Shown here: in pieces, positions 9,813 to 19,077 of the stretch
Numbering within the stretch: the first letter of the stretch is position 1
Layout of the letters: each line of letters begins with the position of its first letter
Assembly (NCBI GenBank): GCA_965242695.1
Contig: CBDESU010000002.1
Location: 1,440,001-1,504,000, forward strand
Source: Cenarchaeum sp.
GTDB lineage: Archaea > Thermoproteota > Nitrososphaeria > Nitrososphaerales > Nitrosopumilaceae
Reading direction: 5' to 3'
DNA length: 64,000 nt
Position numbers and translations under genes: made by a program
Notes under the pieces: generated by a model
Database searches by the model: none
What the model saw: the letters and a program-made list of their open reading frames with translations, nothing else
What the model was told of the DNA's origin: nothing

Positions 9813-10123
9813 AGGGGCGCGGGGGCCCGAGGGCCGGAGGCGAGAGGTGGAAGGCGGCATACGACCCGCGGTTCAAGCGCCAGTACGCCAAGCTGGATGG
9901 AAAAATGGCCGAACGCGCGGGCAGGGTGATAGAGGATCTGCTCGCATCAGACAATGTCAGGGATGCCAGGGACTACAAGGGAAGGATAGACGTCGACGGC
10001 GCGCCGGCCCATGCCTACGCATGCAGGGTCGGCAGATCGTACAGGATCCTGTACTGCGTCGTCGGCGACTGCATACGCTTTCTACAGATCGGAGATCACA
10101 AGGAGGTGTACGGCCGGGGATGA
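9809..10123 (+). CDS. RelE/ParE-family toxin
   Basis: WKAAYDPRFKRQYAKL...YACRVGRSYRILY...FLQIGDHKEVY; 104 aa; ATGA coupling. Confidence 0.8.
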   Translation: MKGRGGPRAGGERWKAAYDPRFKRQYAKLDGKMAERAGRVIEDLLASDNVRDARDYKGRIDVDGAPAHAYACRVGRSYRILYCVVGDCIRFLQIGDHKEVYGRG

Positions 10124-10284
10124 CCCGGGCGCCGCCTGGCCGGGCATGCGGGCCCGGGCGGGACGGGTCGCACGGGCGCGGCCGATGCGGGCGGCGGGAC
10201 AGGGCCCAGCCAGCCGGCCGGCAAGGGGCCGATCCTGCCTCCTCCGCCAGGTCCCCGCCCCTGCCCGTTCCGGGCCGCCTCCCC

Positions 10285-11304
10285 CTATCTCCCCCGCCCC
10301 CGCTGCCGCCTGTCCACGATGTCGCCGACGCCGGGGCCTGTCCCGAGCAGCGTCGCCGGCACGCCGAGCTCGTCCTCGGCCCTCTCGACGAACGCCCTCG
10401 CCTCGGCCGTCAAGGCCCCGTACGACGAGGCGCCGGCGCACCCCGGAAACCTCACGTCCATCTTTGTAATGGCCATCTGCGATGCGCCGTTGAGCATGAC
10501 CGCCCTCTTTGCGAGCGCATAGTCGAACTCGGCAGCGCGCCTCGGCCTGCCCGTCACCGTGCCAAACTCGGACCATCCCCTCCTTTCCGCCTCTTCCGCG
10601 GAAATCTCGCCCTCTAGCCGGCCGGCGCCGACCCTCGTAACGTACGCCTTGAACGCGACTATCACGTCGCCTACGCGGCGCGGCCCGATGCCGACGTCGG
10701 CGCATATGCCCGACGCGGTCACGTCCTTTGACGTGACGTACGGGTACGTCCCGTGCCACAGCGACAGGAACGTGCCCTGCGTGCCCTCGACGAGAACGCT
10801 CCTTTTCCCGTCGAGTGCCGCGTTGACCTCGGCCGGCACGTCGGCGACCATCCCTGCGAGCTCTTCCGCATCGGCTGCCGTGCGCAGCGCGCGCATGGCC
10901 CTGTCCGCGTTGGCTGGGCCCGTCCCAGACCCCGTGCTGCCTATCTCGTCCCTCAGGCGGCCGGCCGAGTCGGCCTCTACGTGAGCGTCGTCGATGATGC
11001 CGCACCGCGCATCGACGAACGCGCGGCCGGCGGCGCCGAACCTCTCTGCCTCGTCGAGCAGTATGGACGGGCGCACGAGGACGCCGGGGCCGATCATCAG
11101 GCGCGAGGATGCGTTGAGGAACCCGGTCGGCAGCATCCTCACCTTGTAGACGCGGCCCGCATCGTCGCGTATGGTGTGGCCGGCGTTCGGGCCGGCGCCG
11201 CCCCGCACGACGATCGCAGGATCGTCGGCCGCGGCCAGGTGCGACACGATCTTGCCCTTTCCCTCGTCGCCAAAGAACCCGCCGACGACCACGGTGCACG
11301 ACAC
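10285..11304 (-). CDS. purA: adenylosuccinate synthetase (short archaeal type)
   Basis: GGFFGDEGKGK, GPNAGHT, EGTQG, YPYVTS, GTVTGRPRR; 339 aa. Confidence 0.97.
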   Translation of the reverse strand: MSCTVVVGGFFGDEGKGKIVSHLAAADDPAIVVRGGAGPNAGHTIRDDAGRVYKVRMLPTGFLNASSRLMIGPGVLVRPSILLDEAERFGAAGRAFVDARCGIIDDAHVEADSAGRLRDEIGSTGSGTGPANADRAMRALRTAADAEELAGMVADVPAEVNAALDGKRSVLVEGTQGTFLSLWHGTYPYVTSKDVTASGICADVGIGPRRVGDVIVAFKAYVTRVGAGRLEGEISAEEAERRGWSEFGTVTGRPRRAAEFDYALAKRAVMLNGASQMAITKMDVRFPGCAGASSYGALTAEARAFVERAEDELGVPATLLGTGPGVGDIVDRRQRGRGR

Positions 11305-11725
11305 TGTTGCCGGGGCGGCGGATGCCCTTGAATAAAGCTAGGGGGGATGGAGCCCGGGACGCGCTGCGCGGGCTCCGCCAGTCTCCATCCGGCCCGCCGC
11401 CGGCCTCTGCACGCGCCCCTCGATTCTGCGCGCCGCCGGGCAGAGTCGGGGGGAGGGGGAAGGCTGGCTGGCTGGCCGGCGGGCTGGCTGGCGCCCATGG
11501 TCCGGCACCGCCCTGGATGCCGCCGGCCGGTTCGCCGCCGCCGGCGATGCGCGGCTGAGGGATGGCTGGCATGCGCCCAAGAGGGGGAGCGGCGCGCCTG
11601 TTGCCGCTGTTGGTGCCTGCAGCGCTGCAGGCAGGTTGCCTAGGACTGCCTGCCGGCATGTGGGCGGGAGGGAGAGGGGGTGGGTGTGGACCAGGCGCCC
11701 TGCGATCGCGGGCCCTTCGGCACGG

Positions 11726-11739
11726 TTAAATACCCCCCG
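11726..11739 (+). promoter_or_regulatory. TATA box (TTAAATACCCCCCG) 30 nt upstream of ATG 11756
   Basis: Identical 14-mer at 14861 and 38812, each 29-30 nt before an ATG. Confidence 0.6.
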
Positions 11740-11755
11740 TAGGGCGCGCGCGCCG

Positions 11756-14700
11756 ATGACCCCCAGTACGGCCGCAACGTCTGTAGCCGCCCGTGTCGAA
11801 ATAAGGCGTGGGGGGGGGGGTGGCGATGCCCGCCGGCAGGCATCTAGGCCGGCGGTAGGATGCGTTGCGATCCTCGCATTGGCTGTCGCGGCGGTTGCCT
11901 CACTGGCGCCGTCTGTTTTGCTGTCGGAGAGTGCGTGGGCCCAGACTGACGAGTCGCTCGGCGACTTCGTCGAAAACGGCACGGTTGTGCGCCCCGCCGA
12001 CAACGGCAGCAGCACTGGCAACACCTACGCTTTCCCGCGTGGCCTTGCCTCCGACGACAGCGGGCGCTTGATAGTGGCGGACACTGGTACTCCGTCTCCG
12101 GGTTTTGGTCAACGAGTAGTGGTACTCGATAACTATGTGTACAGCAACATCACGCTGGGCCAGTATGCCAATTATACGGGGGCGGACGGCAAGTTTCGCC
12201 AGCCTCAAGGAGTTGACGTAAACTCGACGGGCCACATATTCGTGGCGGATAGGAACAACAACCGCATCCAGATTTTCTCTTCCGACGGCGAATACGTGGG
12301 CATGTTTAACGAGTCTAGCTCTGGAAAGCCAACTGCTAAGTTTGATGTGGGTGATGTGACCCGCAACGACCAGGGAGTCTTCACCGTATTGGCAGATGTA
12401 GCCATCAGCCATGATGAGAAGCTGATCTACGTGACCTCCGAAACTGACCATGCGGTGTACCATTTCAACGCTAGCACGTACCAATATGTGGACAAGACAG
12501 GCTCTCGCCGGGCTCTATCTGATGGGTTCAACACTGTTGGTACGGCTAACAACCTTGTGGATATTAAAGGACAATTTGATCAGCCCAGAGGCATAGACGC
12601 CGGACCGGGCGGGCTCATAGCAGTGGCCGAAGCGGGCCGCTACGTCGTCAACGTGATCGATCCGGCGAATACCACTACGAGGATTGTCCCTGAAATAACC
12701 GGCATCAACGGTTCGGCGACTACGAATCGCCAAGAGTATCCCAACAATACGGTGTTTCTCATAGGTAACACGCCTTTGCCTAATGGCACAGGTGTAGCTG
12801 GCGCCGAAGAGGGACAATTCGGGAATACAACGGTGGAATCGAGCCCGCGAGACGTCGCATTCAGCAAGGACGGCAGCCTCTTGGCGGTGGCCGACCCGGG
12901 CAACAGCCGATTCCAGGTATTCCAGCTTGATACCGCGAGCGACGGGCGCGCCACCGGTTTGCTCCACCCCGACGGCAAGCCGGCATTCGTATTCAGCAGT
13001 GCGGATGGCACACTTGCGGTGGCGTTTGACTCTGACGACCGCCTTGTCGTCACCGAAAGGAGTGATCCCACCAGCATATTGACGGTGTACGACGTGACGC
13101 TGCCGGCGGTCAAGAACGTCACGGCTACGGTGTCTCCCAGCGATCCAGACGGCACGAAGGTCCTGTTGCCCGACAGGTCGATCGTCGTGACTGTCGGGTT
13201 CAACACAGATTTGGTCAGGGTCGACACTACGGGCGGGACGCCATCCTTGGCGATCGGGCCTAGGCACAACGCGACGTATGTAGAGTCCGTGGGCGATACG
13301 ACGGGAAATCTGACGTTCACGTACAGGGTGCAGGAGGGCGACGAAGAAGACGACTTTGTCTATGATCCAAAGACCGCACTGTCCCTGAATGGAGCGACGA
13401 TCACGGCAGGGATGAGAAACGTGACGGTTCTGACGGGCCTACCAAACCCCGACAACGCGGACAACCGCTCGCTCACGGAGGATCACGGCATTACGGTCGA
13501 CGCGGAGGGGCCTGAACTGGTAAGCGTCTACTCGCCGAACGCGAGCGCGGCGTATCGGGCCGGCGATCGCATCGAGATCGTACTGAACTACTCCGAGCGG
13601 GCTTGGATAGTCGGCTCTGATGCGCCGACGCTGGCCCTCAACGTGGACGGGGCCGACGGCGCGGATCGGCTTGCAGACTATTTCGATGGCAACGGCACGA
13701 CCAAGCTTGAGTTCAACTATACGGTGCAGGAGGGCGACAACACCGCATCCGGCGGCCTGCGCTACACCGGCACGGATGCGCTCGGCCCCGACGGCGTATC
13801 CATCTTGGACAGGTACAACAACACGGCGGCCGCGCCCCTGTCGGCGCCGGAGCCGCTTGTCGACGAAATGGGCGCCGTAGTAGACGTCGTAGTGGACGCG
13901 ATGCCGCCTAGCGTGCAGTCCGTCGTGGCCGTGTCGGATAACGGCACATACCGCAATGGCACATCTGTCGACATTGCGGTCGGGTTCAGCGAGCCTGTCA
14001 ATGTCACGGGAACGGAACTTCCGACCTTGGATCTGTCCACGACCCCCGCCAGAAATGCCACGTACGTGCAGGGCACGGACGGCGATGCAAACCTGACGTT
14101 TAGGTACGCGGTACAGGAGGACGACCTTGCACTCGAGGGCCTGCGATACGCAGGCACGGATGCGCTAAGGGCGAACGGCGCGATGATCGTCGACGCGGCA
14201 GGCAACATGGCGAACCTGACCCTGCCTGTACCCAGCACACAGCTTGCCGGCATCGTAGTCAATGGCAGCGTCGCGGATATGGTCGACCCGATCGACCGCG
14301 ACACCGGCGGCCAGAACGGCACCGACACCGGCGGCCAGAACGGCACCGACACCGGCGGCCAGAACGGCACGACCACCTGCTCGATAACCTTGGGCAGGTC
14401 CATATCCGACATGGACGTCAGGCCGGGAGAGCGCTCGAGCGAGGCCTCGCAGACGGTGATGAACTCTGGCACGGCGCCGTTCATGGCGGTCATGCTAGAG
14501 GCGGAGCCGTGGTACGTCGACCTCCCCGCCAACACCACCTTGGCATCCGTGCAGGGGATGGATCCGAAGCCGGGGATGTTGCCGGCCTCGCTCACCGAGG
14601 TGCGGCTGGGCAACGGCACGGACGCCATGTATGCGGCGCTGCCCGAGAACGGCACTGCCGCCGTGGTCGGAGCCTTGGCTCCTGGCATGGCCTACGACCT

Positions 14701-14797
14701 GTCGTTCATGCTCGACCTTACCGGCCAGGCCTCTGCGCCGGGCAGTACGCTCACGCAGTTCATAGAGTACACGGCCGAGTGTAGCGACTCGCAGTGA
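11756..14797 (+). CDS. secreted/surface protein with NHL-repeat beta-propeller and repeated Ig-like domains, copy 1
   Basis: Hydrophobic signal ending SAWAQ; NHL motifs (PRGLASD, PQGVDVNSTGHIFVADRNNNRIQIF); repeated units with LTFTY.VQEGD; many N-x-S/T sequons. Confidence 0.88.
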   Translation: MTPSTAATSVAARVEIRRGGGGGDARRQASRPAVGCVAILALAVAAVASLAPSVLLSESAWAQTDESLGDFVENGTVVRPADNGSSTGNTYAFPRGLASDDSGRLIVADTGTPSPGFGQRVVVLDNYVYSNITLGQYANYTGADGKFRQPQGVDVNSTGHIFVADRNNNRIQIFSSDGEYVGMFNESSSGKPTAKFDVGDVTRNDQGVFTVLADVAISHDEKLIYVTSETDHAVYHFNASTYQYVDKTGSRRALSDGFNTVGTANNLVDIKGQFDQPRGIDAGPGGLIAVAEAGRYVVNVIDPANTTTRIVPEITGINGSATTNRQEYPNNTVFLIGNTPLPNGTGVAGAEEGQFGNTTVESSPRDVAFSKDGSLLAVADPGNSRFQVFQLDTASDGRATGLLHPDGKPAFVFSSADGTLAVAFDSDDRLVVTERSDPTSILTVYDVTLPAVKNVTATVSPSDPDGTKVLLPDRSIVVTVGFNTDLVRVDTTGGTPSLAIGPRHNATYVESVGDTTGNLTFTYRVQEGDEEDDFVYDPKTALSLNGATITAGMRNVTVLTGLPNPDNADNRSLTEDHGITVDAEGPELVSVYSPNASAAYRAGDRIEIVLNYSERAWIVGSDAPTLALNVDGADGADRLADYFDGNGTTKLEFNYTVQEGDNTASGGLRYTGTDALGPDGVSILDRYNNTAAAPLSAPEPLVDEMGAVVDVVVDAMPPSVQSVVAVSDNGTYRNGTSVDIAVGFSEPVNVTGTELPTLDLSTTPARNATYVQGTDGDANLTFRYAVQEDDLALEGLRYAGTDALRANGAMIVDAAGNMANLTLPVPSTQLAGIVVNGSVADMVDPIDRDTGGQNGTDTGGQNGTDTGGQNGTTTCSITLGRSISDMDVRPGERSSEASQTVMNSGTAPFMAVMLEAEPWYVDLPANTTLASVQGMDPKPGMLPASLTEVRLGNGTDAMYAALPENGTAAVVGALAPGMAYDLSFMLDLTGQASAPGSTLTQFIEYTAECSDSQ
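14300..14371 (+). repeat. 3 x 24-bp coding tandem repeat (DTGGQNGT)
   Basis: GACACCGGCGGCCAGAACGGCAC(C/G) three times. Confidence 0.9.
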
Positions 14798-14890
14798 CCG
14801 GCGCGCACCCACAGTGCCGCGTGGGAGGCGCCCGTGAAGCTAGCCTATGAATCGGCACGGTTAAATACCCCCCGTAGGGCGCGCGCGCCG

Positions 14891-17800
14891 ATGACCCCCA
14901 GTACGGCCGCAACGTCTGTAGCCGCCCATGTCGAAACAAGGCGTGGGGGGGGGGGGCGGCGGTGCCCGCCGGCAGGCATCTAGGCCGCCGGTAGGCCGCG
15001 TTGCGATCCTTGCACTGGCAGTCGCGGCCGTTGCCGCCTTGGCGCCGTCTGTTCTACTGTCGGAGGACGCGTGGGCCCAGACGGACGAGTCGCTCGGCGA
15101 CTTCGTTGAAAACGGCACGCTTGTACGCACCGACAACGGCAGTAGCACTGGCACCACCTATGTTGAACCTCGTGGCCTTGCCTCCGACGGCAGCGGGCGC
15201 TTGATAGTGGCGGACACTGGTACTGCCGGAGCTAGTAATAGTCATGGGCAACGGGTAGTAGTGTTGGATGACTACACACACAGCTTCACGATAGGTACAT
15301 GGAACGTGAGCGGGTCGGACGAAGGCGTGTTCGACAATCCCGAAGGCGTTACGGTAAACTCGACAGGTCACATATTCGTGGCGGATAGGGACAATGACCG
15401 CATCCAGATATTCGATTCCGACGGCGATTTCGTGGGCATGTTTAACGAGTCTAGCTCTGGGAAAGAGCCTTGGATTGATAGGGATGCGCCTAATGGAATA
15501 GCTGGTAACGACCAGCCGGACTTCATCAAGCCGGTGGGTGTAGCTATCAGTCATGACGAGAAGCTGATCTATGTGACCGACGACAGCCACACAGTGTACT
15601 ATTTCGACGCCAGCACGTTGCAGTATGTCGGCAAGTTTGGTAACCGAGTCGCTATAGGTGGCGATCCCGTCGAAGTTGACACCACTAATGATGATAGGCG
15701 AGAAATTCCGGGGCGATTTAGCGGTACCACGGGCATCGATGTTGGCGCCGGCGGGCTCTTGGCGATTGCCGAAAAAAGCCGGTATATCGTCAACGTGTTC
15801 GATCCTGCGGCCGACAGGACGGTGTTTTTCGTAGGAAAATTGAATGCCAACGGGGAGGTGATTGGCATCGAAGAGTGGTTGCAATTGACGGAAGAGGAGC
15901 AGGACACGGTTGCGTGGAATGGCACTGGGGTGCCTGGCGTCGAAGAGGGACAGTTCGGGGATACATCGGTGACATCGAGCCCTCGAGACGTCGCATTCAA
16001 CAAGGACGGCAGCCTCTTGGCGGTGGCCGACCCGGGCAACAAACGATTCCAAGTATTCCAGCTTGATACCACGAGCGACGGGCGCGCCACCGGCCTGTCT
16101 CACCCCGAAGGCAAGCCTGCATTCGTATTTGACAGTCCGAGTGTCATATATGCGGTGGAGTTTGACTCTGACGACCGCCTTGTCGTTAGCGAGGGAAGTG
16201 CCGGTTTGTTTCCCTTTCCCAGTGTATTGACGGTGTACGACGTGACGCTGCCGGCTGTCAAGAACGTCACGGTCGATGTAGGCGGCTCGAGAGTCCTGTT
16301 GCCAGGCCAGTCGATCGTTGTGACTGTCGGGTTCAACACAGACTTGGTCAGGGTCAACACCACGGGCGGGATGCCATACATGGCGATCGGGCCCGACCGC
16401 AACGCGACGTACGTGCAGTACGATGGCGACACGACGGGCATGCTGAACTTTACGTATACGGTGCGGGATGGCGACACGCCGGACGCCTTTGTCTATAACG
16501 CAAGGACTGCGCTGACCCTGGACGGCTCGACGTTCACTGCGGGGGCAAGGAACGTGACGGTTCTGACCGACCTCTCAAACCTTGTTGACGGTGCAACCCA
16601 TTCGCTCTTGAGGGATACGGGCCTTGATGTGGATGGGCCCGAACTGGTAAGCGTCTACTCGCCGAACGCAAGCGCGGCGGCGTATCAGGCCGGCTCTCGC
16701 ATCGAGATCGTCCTAAACTACTCCGAGCCGGCCTGGATAGTCGGCTCTGCTTCGCCGACGCTGGCCCTTGACGTGGGCGCGGCAGGCGACGCCAAGCGAC
16801 TTGCCGACTATTTCGATGGCAACGGCACGACCAAGCTCGAGTTCAACTACACGGTGCAGGAGGGCGACAACACCGCACCCGGCGGCCTGCGCTACGCCGG
16901 CACGGACGCGCTGGGCCCCGACGGCGTATCCGTCGTGGACGAGGTCGGCAACAAGGCGAACTTGACCCTGCCAGAACCGGCCCCACTCGCCGACGAAACG
17001 GGCAGCGTAGTGGCCGTCGTTGTGGACGCGGTGCCGCCTAGCGTGCATTCCGTCGCACCCGTGTCGGTGAACGGCACGTACCGCAACGGCACATCTGTCG
17101 ACATTGCGGTCAGGTTCAGCGAGGTTGTCAATGTGACGGGCACGGGACTCCCGACTCTGGACCTGTCCACGACCCCTGCCAGAAACGCCACGTACGTGCC
17201 TGGCATGGACGGTAGCGCAAATCTAACGTTCAGGTACATGATACAGGAGGGCGACCTTGCAATCGAGGGCCTGCGATACAGCGGCACGGATGCACTAAAG
17301 GCCAACGGCGCAATGATCGTCGACGCGGCCGGCAACATGGCAAACCTGACCCTGCCTTCCCCTGGCACGCAGCTTGCCGACATCATTGTCAATGCAAGCG
17401 CGATGATGGCCATGCCAAACCAGACGGGCACGGACGGCGGCGGCGAAACGCCGGGCACCGGCAACCAGACGGGCACGGACGGCGGCGGCGAAACGCCGGG
17501 CACCGGCAACCAGACGGGCACGGACGGCGGCGGCGAAACGCCGGGCACCGGCGACGGCGGCACGCCCGGGGGCCAGAACGTCACGACCACCTGCTCGATA
17601 ACCCTCGGCAGGTCCGTCTCCGACATGGACGTCAGGCCGGGCGAGCGCTCGACCGAGGCCTCGCAGACGGTGACGAACTCTGGCACGGCGCCGTTCATGG
17701 CGGTCATGCTAGAGGCGATGCCGTGGTACGTCGACCTCCCTGCCAACACCACCTTGGCCGCCGCGCAGGGGATGGATCCGGCGCCGGCGATGCTGCCGGC

Positions 17801-18008
17801 CTCGCTCACCGAGGTGAGGCTGGGCAACGGCACGGATGCGATGTACATGGCATTGCCGGAAAACGGCACCGCCGTCGTGGTCGGAGCCTTGGCCCCTGGC
17901 GCAGACTATCCGCTGTCGTTCAAGCTGGACCTTACCGGCCAGGCCTCGGCACCGGGCCAGACGATGACGCAGTTCATAGAGTACACGGCAGAGTGCGCCG
18001 CCCCGTAG
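14891..18008 (+). CDS. secreted/surface NHL-repeat protein, copy 2; out of frame from the homologous ATG 14891 (G12 tract), open from ATG 14928
   Basis: Paralog of 11756-14797 with the same promoter and leader; the 14891 frame stops at TAG 14981-14983; long ORF 14928-18008. Confidence 0.85.
17418..17552 (+). repeat. 3 x 45-bp coding tandem repeat (NQTGTDGGGETPGTG)
   Basis: Three identical consecutive units. Confidence 0.9.
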
Positions 18009-18073
18009 CGGCTTGAAAAAAGGCCGGGCGCCTCCGACCAACCATTATTACGGTCGACCCGTCGGGCGCGGCC

Positions 18074-18535
18074 GTGCAGGGCGAAAACCACGCGGGCAGC
18101 ATCATCGTAAGCCTGGCGAGCCTGCCAGACTTTCTGCGCAAGCCGATCCTGTCAAGGCGAGTCGGCGAGTTCTTTGGGATGGCCGAGGCCGAAAAGGCCG
18201 AGATCGTCTCGAACGCGCTAGCCGCCGGCCCGGGCATACCATTCCCAAACTTTGCAAGGCTGCTCAAGACGTGGCTAGAGGTGATGGCCTCGCTGCCCGC
18301 CGAACAGCGCGCCGAGATGTTCGGCAGGTATGCGGCAGAGGCGGCCGCCCGCCCAGACATGCTCGCCGCCTTCCACATAGACGGCATGCTCGCCGTATTC
18401 GACTCGCTCGGCGATGCCGAGCGCGAGGCGATCGCGCGCGATGCGGCCGCCGCCGCGGCCGGCCTAGACGAGGGGATGCGCCGCCGCCTAAGGCTGGTCG
18501 TGCCGGACAGGGCCGCCGAGATGCTCGGGCTGTAG
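18074..18535 (+). CDS. conserved hypothetical protein (thaumarchaeal type)
   Basis: 153-aa helical ORF (LASLPDFLRKPIL) with coding-like composition; TATTA box ~30 nt upstream. Confidence 0.7.
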   Translation: MQGENHAGSIIVSLASLPDFLRKPILSRRVGEFFGMAEAEKAEIVSNALAAGPGIPFPNFARLLKTWLEVMASLPAEQRAEMFGRYAAEAAARPDMLAAFHIDGMLAVFDSLGDAEREAIARDAAAAAAGLDEGMRRRLRLVVPDRAAEMLGL

Positions 18536-18572
18536 CGGCACGCGGTCGCCGCAGCCGGTCCCGAATAGGCCG

Positions 18573-18926
18573 CTACGGGGCCGCCTGCTGGCCGCCGGGA
18601 GGGGGATCGGACCTGCCGGCGCCTCCCTCGGAGCCGCCTCCTCCCGCGCCCGCCCCGGGCTCGTCGGGCCGGCGGTTGTCCTCGTTCGTATAGTCGACGG
18701 CCGTGCCGTCTGGGGCGAGGACGCCGACGAACATCTTTTCGTTCTTGCGCAGCACCTTGCGGTGGTCGGGCATCGACAGGTCTAGGCGCATCTCGTTGAT
18801 CACCATGACCCTGTACTCTTTCCACTCTGCCCAGCACTTTGGGCAGCACGGGTACTTTTCGGCCTGCATGTCCAGCTGCGCGCCGTCGGGTATCTCGGTC
18901 CTGCACTTTGTGCACGCGCGCGCCAA
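18573..18926 (-). CDS. YggX-like Fe(II)-trafficking / Fe-S protector protein
   Basis: CTKC...CWAEWKEYRVMVINEMRLDLSMPDHRKVL matches the YggX W..W....M.INE.RL pattern; TTG start below a TTAAAA box. Confidence 0.8.
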   Translation of the reverse strand: MARACTKCRTEIPDGAQLDMQAEKYPCCPKCWAEWKEYRVMVINEMRLDLSMPDHRKVLRKNEKMFVGVLAPDGTAVDYTNEDNRRPDEPGAGAGGGGSEGGAGRSDPPPGGQQAAP

Positions 18927-19077
18927 CGGGCCGGCCGCCGAGCACGGGGATAATAACCTTTTAAGCTGCGGCGGGGCCGGGGACACGTTGGAGCGCGGGG
19001 TGCGGCGGGGCCGGATGCTGCACGGACGGCGCGCGGCGGCGGGGGCCGCGCGGCGCCGCGGAGGATGAGGCTGGGCA

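Noticed and set aside
11756-18008. Diversity-generating retroelement acting on the surface proteins
   Set aside because: No reverse transcriptase in the window, and the differences are whole-loop replacements rather than adenine-specific substitutions.
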